Assembly: GCA_049724395.1 (NCBI GenBank)
Contig: JAUGWO010000049.1
Location: forward strand, 1-64,000
Length of the DNA: 64,000 bases
Direction of reading: 5' to 3'
Source of the DNA: Spongospora subterranea f. sp. subterranea
Lineage: Eukaryota
The notes beneath the pieces were generated by a model. That model saw only the letters and a program-made list of their open reading frames with translations, ran no database searches and was not told where the DNA came from. Within the stretch, counting starts at the first letter, position 1; each line of letters opens with the position of its first letter. A program made the translations under genes and the position numbers. Of this stretch, positions 1-13,282 are shown piece after piece.

Positions 1-1372
1 ATCGGTCTGACACATTGAATGCCCTGATATGATCTCACAGAAACCGAGAACTCGTCACCAAAATAATCGCACTCTCGTGTGGCGGTATATTCAATTCAAG
101 GAAACTAAATGGCCAAACTGCTTTCTCTTCTGCAGTTCATTTGAATCGGTTGGTCAAATCCTCTCTCTGGCTCTGATCAGCGAGTTCAATACTAAGATCT
201 CCTATCCCCAGTGTTGACATCGCCCAAATTCTGTTGGAGAACGGTGCCGATCCCACAATAGCGGATGATGATAGGGAGACACCATTGCACAAGATTCTAT
301 TGACCCTGTGAGTTGAACACATCTCACCAAACACTCCAACATTTACTGATGTTATCACAGAACCGACGATTCTATTCTATCAATGATACACAAAATTGAT
401 ATTAACCACCGGTACAATGATGGATCCACTATTTTCCATTGTGCTATTAAGTGTCGTCGGTTGGTCAATTGATATTGTGTGGACACTGATCGGCCCCTCA
501 ACACTGGTTGGTTAGGGATGTGGTGGTTATGAAATTGTTGAACAGAGGCGACCAACCCCATTATTTTTGATTCTAATGGGAATACAGCACTGCACCTGGC
601 GATAGAGCATAATCTGTACACACCTTCAATTTGTGATATTTTCCAGAATCTCATGTTAAATCTCACAGAAGTGGAGAGACCATTATATCTATACTTGAGG
701 CGGCAACACCAAAAACGGTCGATATTCTGGGTCAAGACGGGATGATGGATCCCTCAGTGTGTTCGAGTAGAAAGTTAGTGCATGATCGGCTGTATATTGT
801 TGATTGGTGTGTCGAGATCATTAAAATCGCTGATCTAATCTCACAGCGACCCAGATGTCAACCGTCAGGCCATGTCAAAAATAATCAATATCAGAAACCA
901 AAAATGGCAAACTGCTCTGTTTCTGGCAGTTACTCATGCACGGTTGGTAGAAATTTCAGTCTGGTTCTGATCACATTTTCAATAATGTTTTTTTGTATTT
1001 CCAGTTTTAACATTGTCCAAATTCTTCTCTCGAGAGGTGCTGATCCCAATATAGCAGATATTGATGGGAACACGCCATTCCACACTCATATGCCAACTGA
1101 ACCTGGTCGTATATCGCCCAAATACCATCATATATTGTAATACCTACTCATGTGCCAACAGGACAGACGAAATCATCATATCAGTTCTACAAAAACTATT
1201 GATGTCAACCACGTGGGCAATGATGGGACAACACTTCTTCAGAGGGCTATTGAGTGTAATCGGTTGGTCCTGATTCATTTTTGACCCTGATCAGCCCCTC
1301 AATTAAACTGATGTTTTAGAGAAGTTGTGGTGAAGTATCTGTTGAAGAGAGGCGCCAATCCACTTATGACAA
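1..1372 (+). CDS. Ankyrin-repeat gene, paralogous copy (5' end outside window, 3' end broken by TE debris); multi-exon
   Basis: Spliced exons give ankyrin motifs (ILLENGADPTIADDDRETPLH, LLSRGADPNIADIDGNTPFH, LLKRGANP). Colinear with and highly similar to 9730-11085. Confidence 0.8.
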
Positions 1373-1600
1373 AATAAATCAAGGGTTGTGGGTGTTAACA
1401 CCCGAAGTTTCCTTCTGAAATCCTCCCAATTTCGACCGGTGAATTCATGGATAAATTTGAGTCGTGGGCTGTGATTGGATAGAACAACGACTTCTCTCAG
1501 GACATGGGGACCTTGCTCCTCCTCCTACTCATCGACGGGCGCTGGGCGCTTTACGGTCGGCATCTTCAACAAGAGTGTGGGACTCTTAATCTCACAAATT
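1373..1600 (-). mobile_element. Internally deleted Copia LTR retrotransposon remnant
   Basis: Minus strand reads AGATTAAGAGTCCCA (1578-1592, same PBS as the Copia at 35943), followed by an ATG and a gag-like segment (FIHEFTGRNWEDFRRKL) with an in-frame stop. Confidence 0.6.
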
Positions 1601-1699
1601 TGCAGTAGCTATAGTAGGTAGCCATTGAAGGACGTGATTGTATTGATGATGATTATCCTCCCCATTGAGTCGTTTGCCGTTCACCGAGACTGTGACTGC

Positions 1700-2050
1700 T
1701 GGGATTTGACAAAAATAATGGAAATAGGAGAGATATATGGAGTAGTTAGTGTTAGGATGATAACACAGGAGTCAAATAGAGTCTCAAATCATACAGAAAA
1801 CCACACACCTAGACGGAATACTCGAGGAGTTCAGAATTATGAACAATATTGAAATACCAACCAGAGAGAACACCACATTAGATATCACACTGGCGAATAT
1901 CAAAATGACAGACAGATTGTGAACTTCAAAGTCCTCACAGTCCTGAGCAGTGATCATCTTCCGACTACAATTGAAATCAGCAGTAGAGGAAAAACGTCAA
2001 CCAAGTACCGATTGATTCAAAAAGAGTCAAAAAACTCGACAACAGATCAA
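1700..2050 (+). mobile_element. Non-LTR retrotransposon (LINE) AP-endonuclease fragment
   Basis: PTRENTTLDITLAN and, after a frameshift, VLSSDHLPTTIEI, the typical C-terminal APE motifs. Confidence 0.65.
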
Positions 2051-2139
2051 CAGCCAAGACACTACACTGGTTACAACATTTACTGTGGGCCACACTATTT
2101 ACGAACTCTTTTTTCGAGACACCGCACTGCAGCTGTCCA

Positions 2140-3230
2140 TGTTGTCGACGAAAACATTTCTAATTTGGGATATACCCAAGAGCCGTACCCTCAGATTGTA
2201 AAGTACCGGTATACATTGGTCAGCAACAGCGATCGCTTGTCGGGATCATACACAGTGGACGCTGCAATATGCGATATGTCTTCGAAGCGCATCCCATTCC
2301 CCATTCAGCAGCCTGCAAAAACGTGAAAAATGATTTTACACCAAACGCGATGTCAAAAAAACCTGTCGCAAAGACGTAATGGCATTGCTTAATGCTATCA
2401 TAGCAAACTGACAATTTTCAGTTGATCGGGCTAGATCTCCTTCTTTCAACGGGGTGATGATCTTGCCAAAACACTCGTCGCTCACAGGAAACCCAGAATC
2501 GCCACAGACGCATGCGTCTTCGTCTGTCAAATCCGAATTCGCCAGTTTGCACTGCAACGCCCTGCTGGTATCCCCGTCATTCCAGGACCCAGGACAGTTG
2601 TGACGCCCCCAGATCAGTGTTCCGTCGACGCCATAACATAATGTCCCAGTAACAAACACGCAATGCAGCCAACCTAATTGATTTTGTTCCATGTGCACAA
2701 AATATATCTTAATTTGAAACGCCCAACCGTTGTACATTGCATTCTGCAAATCGAACATTGCTGGGCTCTTGAACCCGATAGTTTTTGCCATCAATGAACC
2801 CAAAAACACCATGGACCAACGGTTCTTTGGCGTTGGTTAACGCCGCCCACCTCCTTTGTGTAGCCTTGTCGGGAAACTGAATCGCCGCTTCAGGAACATC
2901 GAGCCAACGCCTGGCTGAGAGCAAATGCCGCCTTCTTCATCACTCGGCAAAAGGTTGAGAGAGGGACACCGAACAATTTGCACAATGTTTTGGCCTCAAT
3001 AGCTGCGGTAAATTGATGAAGGAGGCAGCCCAAAACAGACGATATTTCAAAGAATTTCGGAGGTCTACCACGCCTGCCGGGACCGGTCTTGATTACGTAA
3101 TGTTTTTTGAAGGCACCAAGAAGATAATCGAATGTCGGCCTGTCCAGTGAGACGACTGAAATGAAGCTTCCATCGTGTTCATCGGCATATAACGTGTGCG
3201 CCCGACCGTACTGGGGCGATGGTATCGGGT
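2140..3230 (-). mobile_element. PIF/Harbinger-like (DDE_Tnp_4) transposase, degenerate, two introns
   Basis: Motifs GFIDGKNYRVQEP, NAMYNGWLH, HNCPGSWND, CGDSGFP, TSLRQAAEWGMG. GT-AG introns at 2674-2727 and 2313-2362 restore these motifs; frameshifts are also present. Confidence 0.85.
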
Positions 3231-3650
3231 CAGGACTGATTTTCCGAGTCTCTCAAGGCACAAAGATTTGACACCCCATCAACGAAGCCGGAAACAAATT
3301 TTCCAAGATTCTGAACAACCTCTGTCTGATTCTCTTCAGCAAGCTCTTCCATGATTTCGGCAACCCAAATTCCTTGATCTTCAATGAACTCTCGGACAGC
3401 TTGATGGGAAATTGACCCTGGACCGGAACATTCGTGCTCACAGAATTCACGTAGAGCCATTTGTTACTGCTGGCGTTCACGTCTATGTCCAACTAATTCA
3501 TCTTTGCCGAAGTAGACACAAAATTCGCACCGAACAGAAAGAACATTCTTTGACGCAGGGTCGATCTGCATGATCTTCAGTCCGTACTGTAGCTCATGTT
3601 TTGCTTGAAAGGGAGTCCGACTTCGTTTTGCCGATGTGATGCCGGGCATT
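3230..3650 (-). mobile_element. Internally deleted DNA transposase fragment (hAT-like)
   Basis: N-terminal zinc-finger-like VRCEFCVYFGK joined to a C-terminal-type segment VDGVSNLCALRDSEN; resembles protist/oomycete hAT-like transposases (recognition only). Confidence 0.45.
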
Positions 3651-4089
3651 TTCACACTCAAGGGACGCGGCAACCTTCCTACAAAGATCAGAAATGAACC
3701 GGAACGGCGAAATATCTTCGTGCCGACCTTTTTCCTTATTTTTGGTTTTTTTTATTTTTTACTTTTGGTGAATCTGGTATCTATAAATAGATTACCAAAA
3801 TTAAAGAGGACTGCCGTACTGTTATGTGTAAATAACAGGCACTCCACTCATGCGGGGTTATTTTTAGACATGCTCTACTACAGTGCCGTCTGGCCGATCA
3901 GCTGGTCAGTCAGGGTTAGAATATCACCGATCAGGAAATAGGATCACGCTATCAGCAACATTGATTGATTTCTTTGGTTTTTTGTTTTTTTTTAGGGTTA
4001 ACGGTACCGATGGTATTGCATCTGGTACCATGGATTTTTGGGGCCGGATTCCTCTTGCAACCATTGAATGGGTCCAAACCTGCCCTTAA

Positions 4090-7000
4090 TAGAGGCAATT
4101 GAAAACGGGTCGCTATAGGCTATTGATGTTGGCCAATACTGTACTAATTAACTAATCTCGGATTATTTAGAGATGAAATTGCTGAGCAATTGGCCACGAT
4201 ATTTAACCCGAGTGCAAGTTCCTCCCTATTATGTTGAACGTGGCATTGGTCGGAATCAGTATTGGGAGAAGTCACACATCAGTTACAAGATCACTGTTCT
4301 TGATTTAGCACTTCTTTACTGCCGGTAATTTCGACCTGACAATGGATTCTATTTCCCCCTTGATGTTATTACAATAGTGAAAATGTTGCCACTATTCTGA
4401 TAGATAGAGGGGCCGACATATTCACACAGGATGAATTCGGGAATACTCCATTGCACATCGCCGCTGGTCAGGGCCTGTAATATATTCCATATGATATGTC
4501 ATTACCCCTTATCTGACATCTTAATAGAAATATCGCCGTCATCAAGCTCTTGGACAAAATCAAATTGACAAAACCACAAGCTCTTGACCTCCAAAACAAG
4601 GTATGGTAAAACTCCACTCCATTTTGCAGTGAATTGTGATCGGTTGGTCATAAATAGTGTTTAAGAGTGACCTGCTGTGAAATATTTACTACTGATTGTT
4701 CAGGAAAGTGGTGATCAAGACTCTGTTGGATGGAGGAGCCAATCCCATTATCGTTGATAGGCAGGGCAATACAGCACTGCACCTGGCGATAGAACGAAAA
4801 CTGTAGACTGGCAATAATTTTTGGACATTGCAACTCATCTGACTGAGATGTCACAGAAGTAGACAGACCATTATTGATATAATTGAGGCGACGAAGGCAC
4901 AATCTATCCATGTTCTGGGTGATAGTGGGATGACGGAACCTTCTTTGGGTTTGAGTGGACAACGGATTCATGATGGCCTGTATATTGTACATCTGGGTGT
5001 CGAAAACATCAAGTCGCTGAATGATCTCATAGGGACCGAGATGCAATACGAGAGTCGACTTCAAAACTACTCAAACTCAGGAACCATAAAGGGCGCACTG
5101 CTCTCTCACATGCAGTTTATCATCGTTGGTTGGTCAATTTACTGTCTGGGTCTGGTTAGCGCCTTCAATAATGAGTTTCAGTGAGGAGATCTCCCGAATT
5201 CTGTTGGATCTGCGGTGCCGATCCCACAATAACAGATATTGATGGCAATACAGCACTGCACCTGGCCATAGAACGAAACCTGTAGACTGCAATAATATGT
5301 GGACATTGAAACTCATCTGATTGAGATCTCACAGAAGTGAAGAGATCATTATTGATATAATTAAAGCGGCGAAGGCAAAGGCTGTCGATATTCTGGAGCC
5401 ATAATGAGATGACGGATCCCTCTGGGTGTTCGAGTGGAGCAATGGATCATGATGGCCTGTATATTCTTAAATAGGTTTGTTGAAATCATGAAGTCGCTGA
5501 TCTGATTTAACAGGGACCGAAATGCCATCGGTGAAGCGACGTCAGAAATATTGAACCTCAGGAACAATGGGGGGCGCACTGCTCTCTGGATATGCAGTGT
5601 ATTTTTGTCGGTTGGTCAACTTTACTGTCCTGTCTGGGTCTGGTAATAGCGCCTTCAATAATCAGTTTCAGTGCCAAGGATGTCGCCCAAATATCACAAG
5701 ATAGTCGAATTCTGTTGGATCATCGCGGTGCTGATCCCACAATAACAGACTATCTCCATGGCAATACAGCACTGCACCTGGCGATAGTTAGGGATGTGTT
5801 GGTTAAACATCTGCTGAAGAGAGGCGCCAATCCCCTCACTCCTAATCGTAATGGGGATTCAGGAATTCACCTGGCAATAGAGCGCGGACTGTATTATAAT
5901 CAGTTCAAATTGATAATTTATCAACATAGCTTATCAACATCATTACAGAAGTAGAGCAGATCATCATTGATATAATTGAAGCGGCTAGGAGCAAAGGCTG
6001 TCGATATTGTGGGCCATAATGAGATGACGGATCCCTCTGGGTGTTCGAGTGGAGCAATGGTTCATGATCGACCTGTATATTCTTTAAAAGGTGTGTTGAA
6101 ATCAATGAAGTCGCTGATGCTAATTTAACAGGGACCGAAATGCCATCGGTGAAGCGACGTCAGAAATAATCAAACATCAGGAATACCATAAGGGGCACAC
6201 TGCTCTCTCACAGGCAGTTTATTATTCGTCGGTTGGTCAATTTACTGTCTGGGTCTGGTTATCGCCTTCAATAATGAGTTTCAGTGACGAACATCTCCCG
6301 AATTCTGTTGGATCTCGGTGCCGATCCCACAATAACAGATATTGATGGCAATACAGCACTGCACTTGGCGATAGAAGAAGATCGGTTGACTGCTATCATA
6401 TCTGGAAATTGTTACTCAACTGACTGAGATTGGACAGGAGTGATGAGATCATTATTCGTATAATTAAAGCGGCGATGGAAAAAGCTGTTAATATTCTGGG
6501 CCATAATGAGATGATGGATCCCTCTTTGGGTTCTAGTGGAGCAATGGTTCATGATCGCCTGTATATTCTTAATCGGTGTGCTGAATCTTCGAAGTCGCTG
6601 ATGTGATTTCACAGGGACCGAAATGCCATCGGTGAAGCGACGTCAGAAATATTCAACCTCAGGAACAATATGGGGCGCACTGCTCTCTCACATGCAGTTT
6701 ATTATCGTCGGTTGGTCAATTTACTGTCTGGGTCTGGTTAGCGCCTTCAATAATGAGTTTCAGTGAGGAGATCTCCCGAATTCTGTTGGATCTCGGTGCC
6801 GATCCCACAATAACAGATATTGATGGCAATACAGCACTGCACCTGGCGATAAAAAGAAAACTGTAGACTGCTATAATATGTGGAAATTGCAACTCATCTG
6901 ATTGAGATCTCACAGAAGTGAAGAGATCATTATTGATATAATTAAAGCGGCGAGGGCAAAGGCTGTCGATATTCTGGGCCATAAATCGTGAGATGACGGA

Positions 7001-10000
7001 TCCCTCTGGGTGTTCGAGTGGAACAATGGATCATGATGGCCTGTATATTCTTAATAGGTGTGTTGAAATCATTGAAGTCGCTGATCTGATCTCACAGGGA
7101 CCGAAATGCCATCGGTGAAGCGACGTCAGAAATATTGAACCTCAGGAACAATATGGGGCGCACTGCTCTCTCACATGCAGTTTATTATCGTCGGTTGGTC
7201 AATTTACTGTCTGGGTCTGGTTAGCGCCTTCAATAATGAGTTTCAGTGAGGAGATCTCCCGAATTCTGTTGGATCTCGGTGCCGATCCCACAATAACAGA
7301 TATTGATGGCAATACAGCACTGCACCTGGCGATACAACGAAATCTGTAGACTGCTATAATCTGTGGAAATTGCAACTCATCTGATTGAGATCTCACAGAA
7401 GTGAAGAGATCATTATTGATATAATTAAAGCGGCGAGGGCAAAGGCTGTCGATATTCTGGGCCATAATGAGATGACGGATCCCTCTGGGTGTTCGAGTGG
7501 AACAATGGTTCATGATGGCCTGTATATTCTTAATAGGTGTGTTGAAATCATTGAAGTCGCTGATCTGATCTCACAGGGACCGAAATGCCATCGGTGAAGC
7601 GACGTCAGAAATATTGAACCTCAGGAACAATAAGGGGCGCACTGCTCTCTCACATGCAGTTTATTATCGTCGGTTGGTCAATTTACTGTCTGGGTCTGGT
7701 TATCGCCTTCAATAATGAGTTTCAGTGAGGAGATCTCCCGAATTCTGTTGGATCTCGGTGCCGATCCCACAATAACAGATATTGATGGCAATACAGCACT
7801 GCACCTGGCGATACAGAAATCTGTAGACTGCTATAATCTGTGGAAATTGCAACTCATCTGATTGAGATCTCACAGAAGTGATGAGATCATTATTGATATA
7901 ATTAAAGCGGCGAGGGCAAAGGCTGTCGATATTCTGGGCCATAATGAGATGACGAATCCCTCTGGGTGTTCGAGTGGAACAATGGATCATGATGGCCTGT
8001 ATATTCTTAATAGGTGTGTTGAAATCATTGAAGTCGTTGATCTGATCTCACAGGGACCGAAATGCCATCGGTGAAGCGACGTCAGAAATATTGAACCTCA
8101 GGAACCAAAGGGGCAAACTGCTTTCTGGATAGCAGTTGATCTTAATCGGTTGGTCAAATTTACTGTCCTGTTCTAATCACCCACATCAATGATGGTGTCT
8201 GTGTATCTCCAGTGGTAATATCGCCAACATTCTTTTTCTTAATGGTGCCGATCCCACTATATCGGATAACTATGGGGACTCACCATTGCACATTCGTTTG
8301 CCAACTGACATGTATGTCGCCCAAATCTCACAAAATATTCAAATATTTACTGATGTGCTCACAGGACAGACGAAATGATCATTTTGATGATTGAAAATAT
8401 TGATGTCAACCACGTGAACATCGATGGAAACACTCTTCTCCAATATGCAATTTTTTTCAAACGGTTGGTCGTAATCAGTGTTGGATATTGATCAGCGCCT
8501 CAATAAACTGATAATTTAGGGAAGTTTTGGTCAAACATCTGTTGAAGAGAGGCGCCACTCCTATAATTCCTGATCGTGATGGGGAATTCAGCACTTCACC
8601 TGGCAATACGAAGGACTGTATTATGAACAGTTCAAATTGTTGATTTATCAAAATAGCTTATTAATATTTCTACAGAAGTGAGCAGATCATCATTGATATA
8701 ATTAAAGCGGCGAGGCCAAAACCAATCCACCTTGTGTTCCAGAATCCGATGACAACACGATTCTATGCGTGTTTTATTCAACAATTGCTTGATCGCCTGT
8801 ATATTGCTCATATATCGGTCTGGCACATTGAAGGCCCTGATTTGATCTCACAGAAACCGAGATGTCGTCTCTAAAATAATCGCTCTCTCATGCGACGCTA
8901 TAATCAATTCGAGGAACCATAATGGCCAAACTGCTTTCTTTTTTGCAGTTCATTGGAATCGGTTGGTCAAATCCTCTCTTCTGGCTCTGATCAGCGAGTT
9001 CAATACTAAGGTCTCGTATCCCCAGTGTTGATATCGCCCAAATTCTGTTGGAGAACGGTGCCGATCCCACAATAGCGGATAATTATGGGGATACACCATT
9101 GCACACTCTTCTAAAGGCCCTGTGAGTTAAACAGATCTCACCAAACACTCCAACATTTACTGATGTTATCACAGAACAGACGATTCTATTTCTGTCAATG
9201 ATACACAATGGATTGATATCAACCACCGGTACAATGATGGGTCCACTCTTTTCCATTGTGCTATTAAGTGTCGTCGGTTGGTCAATTGATATTGTGTGGA
9301 CTCTGATCGGCCCCTCAATAACACTGATTGGTTAGGGATGTGGTGGTTATGAAATTGTTGAAGAGAGGCGCCAACCCCATTATTGCTGATTCTAATGGGA
9401 ATACAGCACTGCACCTGGCGATAGCATAATCTGTACACAGCTTTATTATTGTTATATTTACCAAAAATCTCATGTTAAATTTCATAGAAGTGGACAGATC
9501 ATTATAGATATCCTTGAGGCGGCAACGCCAAGAACGGCAGATATTCTGGGTCAAAACGGGATGATGAGTCCCTCAGTGTGTTCAAGTGGAGAGTTAGTTC
9601 ATGATCGGCTGTATATTGTTGATGGGTGTGTCAAAATCATTGAAGTCGCTGATCTGATCTCACAGGGATCCGATGATTCTATACATGTCTTATTCAACAA
9701 TTGCTTGATCGCCTGTATATCGCTCATATATCGGTCTGTCACATTGAAGAAGCCTGATTTGATGATCACAGAGACCCAGATGTCATCTTTAAAATATTCA
9801 CTCTCTCGTGCGACGCTATATACAATTCCAGGAACCATCATGGGGAAACTGCTTTCTTTTAGCAGTTCGTTTTGACCGGTTGGTCAAATCCTCTGTCTGG
9901 CTCTGATCAGCGAGTTCAATACTAAGGTCTCGTATCCCCAGTGTTGATATTGTCCAAATTCTGTTGGAGAACGGTGCCGATCCCACAATAGCGGATTCTG

Positions 10001-11600
10001 ATAGGAATACACCATTGCACACTTTTCTAAATAACCTGTGAGTTACACAGATCTCGCCAAACATTCCAATATTTACTGATGTTCTCACAGAACAGACGAT
10101 TCTATTCTGTCAATGATACAAAATATTGATGTCAATCACCGGTACAATGATGGCTCAACTTTTTTCCATTGTGCTATTAAGTGTCGTCGGTTGGTCAATT
10201 CATATGTGGGACACTGATCAGCCCCTCAATCAAACTGATGTTATAGGGAAGTTCTGGTCATGAAGCTGTTGAATCTCGGTGCCAATCCCATTATTGCTGA
10301 TTTTAATGGGAATACAGCACTGCACCTGGCGATAGAGCATAATCTGTACACAGCTTCAATCTTGTTATTTTTACCAAAGATCTCATTAAATCTCATAGAA
10401 GTGGAGAGACCATTATATTATACTTGAGGCGGCAACGCCAAGAACGGCCGATATTCTGGGTCCAGACGGGATGACGGATCCCTCAGTGTGTTCGAATGGA
10501 GAGTTAGTTCATGATCACCTGTATATTGTTGATGGGTGTGTCGAAATCATTGAAGTCGCTGATCTGATCTCACAGGGACCGAGATGTCAACCAGTCAGGC
10601 GACGTCAAAAATAATCAATTTCAGAAATCAAAAATGGCAAACTGCTCTGTTTCTGGCTGTTAATCTTGCACGGTTGGTAGAAATTACAGTCTGGTTCTGA
10701 TCACATCTTCAATAATGTGTTTTTCTATTCCAGTTTTGATATTGTCCAATTTCTTGTGGAAAGAGGTGCCGATCTCAATATAGCAGATATTGATGGGAAC
10801 ACACTATTGCACACCAATATGCCAACTAAATTGTATATCGCCCAAATACCACAATATATTTTGAAATACCTACTGATGTGCCAACAGGACAGACGAAATC
10901 ATCATATCAATGATTAAAAATATTGATGTCAACCACGCGGGCAATGATGGGGCAACACTTCTTCAGAGGGCTATTAAGTGTAATCGGTTAGTCGGGATTT
11001 GTATTTGACACTGATCAGCACCTCAAGAAAGTCCTCTTTAGGGAGGCTGTGGTGCAGTATCTGTTGAGGAGAGGCGCCAATCCTTTTATTCCTGATCTTA
11101 ATGGGAATACAGCACTGCACCTGGCGATACATCATAACCTGTAGATTGCTGTTCTCTGTTTATAGTCAAAATATCTGATTGAGGTCTCACAGAACTAAGC
11201 ACATCATTATCGATATTATTGAGGCGGCGTCGTTCGTTCTTGTGGACCAGGATGTGATGAAGGAACGTGATGGGAGAACTTGTGGATCCTTAATCCTTTT
11301 TGGCCGGTCACTGCCAACACATATGTCCAAAACATCAACACCGCTGAATTAATGTGTCAGGAAAATTTGTCAAATATTCGGTGTGACGTGTCCAAAAATT
11401 ATCAAACTCGCAAAAATCATGAGGGTCAAACTGCTTTAGATTTGGCAATTTCGACACAGCGGTTGGTCAAATCTGCGCCTAGTCAACCCCATCAATTACT
11501 TGTGCTAATCTGACGTAATCAAAGGGATGACCTTCTTGAGGTTCTATCGACCCGCTGGAGATTGAGAGTAAAAGGCAAAACCAGTACTCAAACGCAGTGA
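4090..11600 (+). CDS. Large multi-exon ankyrin-repeat protein (5' start not resolved; several indels)
   Basis: Dozens of ~95-125 nt exons such as EEISRILLDLGADPTITDIDGNTALHLAIQRNL, separated by ~53-60 nt GT-AG phase-2 introns. Last exon 11525-11600 ends in TGA. Confidence 0.85.
4700..8150 (+). repeat. Tandem ~477-483 bp units (3 exons + 3 introns each), about 7 copies
   Basis: The AGGAAY anchor recurs at 6179, 6661, 7144, 7623 and 8100; introns are near-identical between the later units. Confidence 0.9.
8813..10640 (+). repeat. Tandem ~917 bp higher-order duplication within the ankyrin gene
   Basis: ATCGGTCTG...CACATTGAA block starts at ~8814 and ~9730; a third copy starts at position 1. 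Confidence 0.8.
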
Positions 11601-11899
11601 AGAAAGTTGAACAATTGCAAAGCTGATTTGATAAACCAGTTTCGTTAACTGCGGTTTATATACTGCTGCACTGTTGTTGTCTATTGTAATCATTCATGTT
11701 TTATGTTTTCTGGCCCTATGTCCACCTCTTCGATTATTTTCTTCAAATGGAACAATGATGCGGCGTTGAACACACGGTTAATATTGTTGAATGATCACCG
11801 AGTTGCAGCGCATCTTGCTGAATACAGTATTCCATCAGGTTTTGCTCTTACACCAAAATGGATATCGAGTTTTCATCATTGGATTAGGAGCAATTTCCA

Positions 11900-12500
11900 A
11901 TGAATTCAGATAAATTCTGGATTCTTCGACGCCGTTGCTTACTTTGGGCACTGACCACACGTCGTCTTATTGGTGATTGACCGGTGGCGTTTCGTCATTC
12001 CTTGACGAGTTGTTGTTGTCCCGTTGCTGAGACCAGTAGGTTTGTCAGACTGGGCATCAATGTGAATTGCGATGACTTTGCGGCTGTCTGAGTAGGCCGT
12101 TAAGTGCCTGCACGCAAACGACCAGCTCGCCGAGTACGAACACAAACCGTGGTGCAACTCCACGATCTTGTCCATATTGCTTTTCATCGTTTGTGTAGGC
12201 TGCTTCTTGGAAAGGATAAACTGTTGAACAGGTTGTTACGCTTTCGATTCAACGATCTACGACGTCTTCGCGAAGACGTCGTAGATTTCTTGTGATGTCG
12301 CCATAACTTGAATGGTGTTGTGCAGTTATCATGTAGTGCACACAGTGGACTACTGTACGTGGCTTGACATTCACGACCATCATGGAAAACGGGAACATAA
12401 TGAATACAACTTCTTCTCATTCCGTGAGCTTATCAACAACTTGGGGTAAGGTTCGAGCGAGAGCAAGTGTTGGACATGCCAGCATCGCTCAAGACGGTGG
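11900..12500 (-). mobile_element. Degenerate MULE-like transposase C-terminus (SWIM-like zinc finger)
   Basis: GLCSYSASWSFACRHL followed by a basic stretch and CGQC. Confidence 0.4.
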
Positions 12501-12759
12501 TCTACGGGTGATTCTCGAAATCCAAGTCTCGAACTATCGCCGCTTTAATGCAAAATGTCGCATAAAACAATGAACTCGTTGCAATGACACGACTTGTCGA
12601 AAACCGAGATAAAAATGGCCTGGCAAGAATCTATTCGGGCGCAAAATAAGCTACAAGATCAAGTCTTTACTGCCACGTTTGAGAGAGGGCAAGGTTGATG
12701 ATGACAATATACGACGTTGTCCGAACTACGGTTGATGATTAATAATTTACAGCTGTCAC

Positions 12760-13190
12760 AGCACGGTTCATAACAATATCTCCCGTCTCAAGGGCGGTGC
12801 CTTGAGATGTGTGCGGTGGATTTCGATAACGGCATCCTTTAAAGCAGGAGTGGCCGACGAAAGCAACGAAGATGAAGGTTCCCAAGTGCGATCGGAAATG
12901 TCGTATCCCTTCCAATGTACCATGTATTGATATTGCGACGAAATAATCGACACGCGAGGATGTCCTCGACTTCACATAGTTGTTGGTGAGAATCATGAGA
13001 CCTGTATTGCTTGCGACCTGGCAACTCATTGGCGACGTAGGGTTCCAATAACGGATGAAAAACCCGATGACAACGAGAGTTCTTTGGAAGGTCTCCCTGC
13101 GGTCAGTTATGGCCGAACGCACTACAGTGCGGGACATCTACCTACCCATCTAGTCTCGACAAATTTGAATGGGCCTTTCAAGTGGAGTAG
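12760..13190 (-). mobile_element. Chromoviral Gypsy integrase C-terminus and chromodomain remnant
   Basis: GPF..., VFHPLLEPYVANELPGRKQ, CEVEDILACR, QYMVHWKGYDISDRTWEPSSSL across frameshifts. Confidence 0.75.
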
Positions 13191-13282
13191 AGGCCAAACT
13201 ATGTTAGCAAAAAAGATGCGCCTTGAAAAAACGAAGCTGCTTTCCCCATATGTACACCCCGGCCAATTTTAAAAGGGGGGCT

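Noticed and set aside
1578..1592. tRNA-Lys gene
   Set aside because: Only the anticodon-arm match is present, with no D or T arms; it is a primer-binding site.
137..10088. Many short minus-strand ORFs in the ankyrin region
   Set aside because: Antisense shadows of the spliced plus-strand ankyrin exons.
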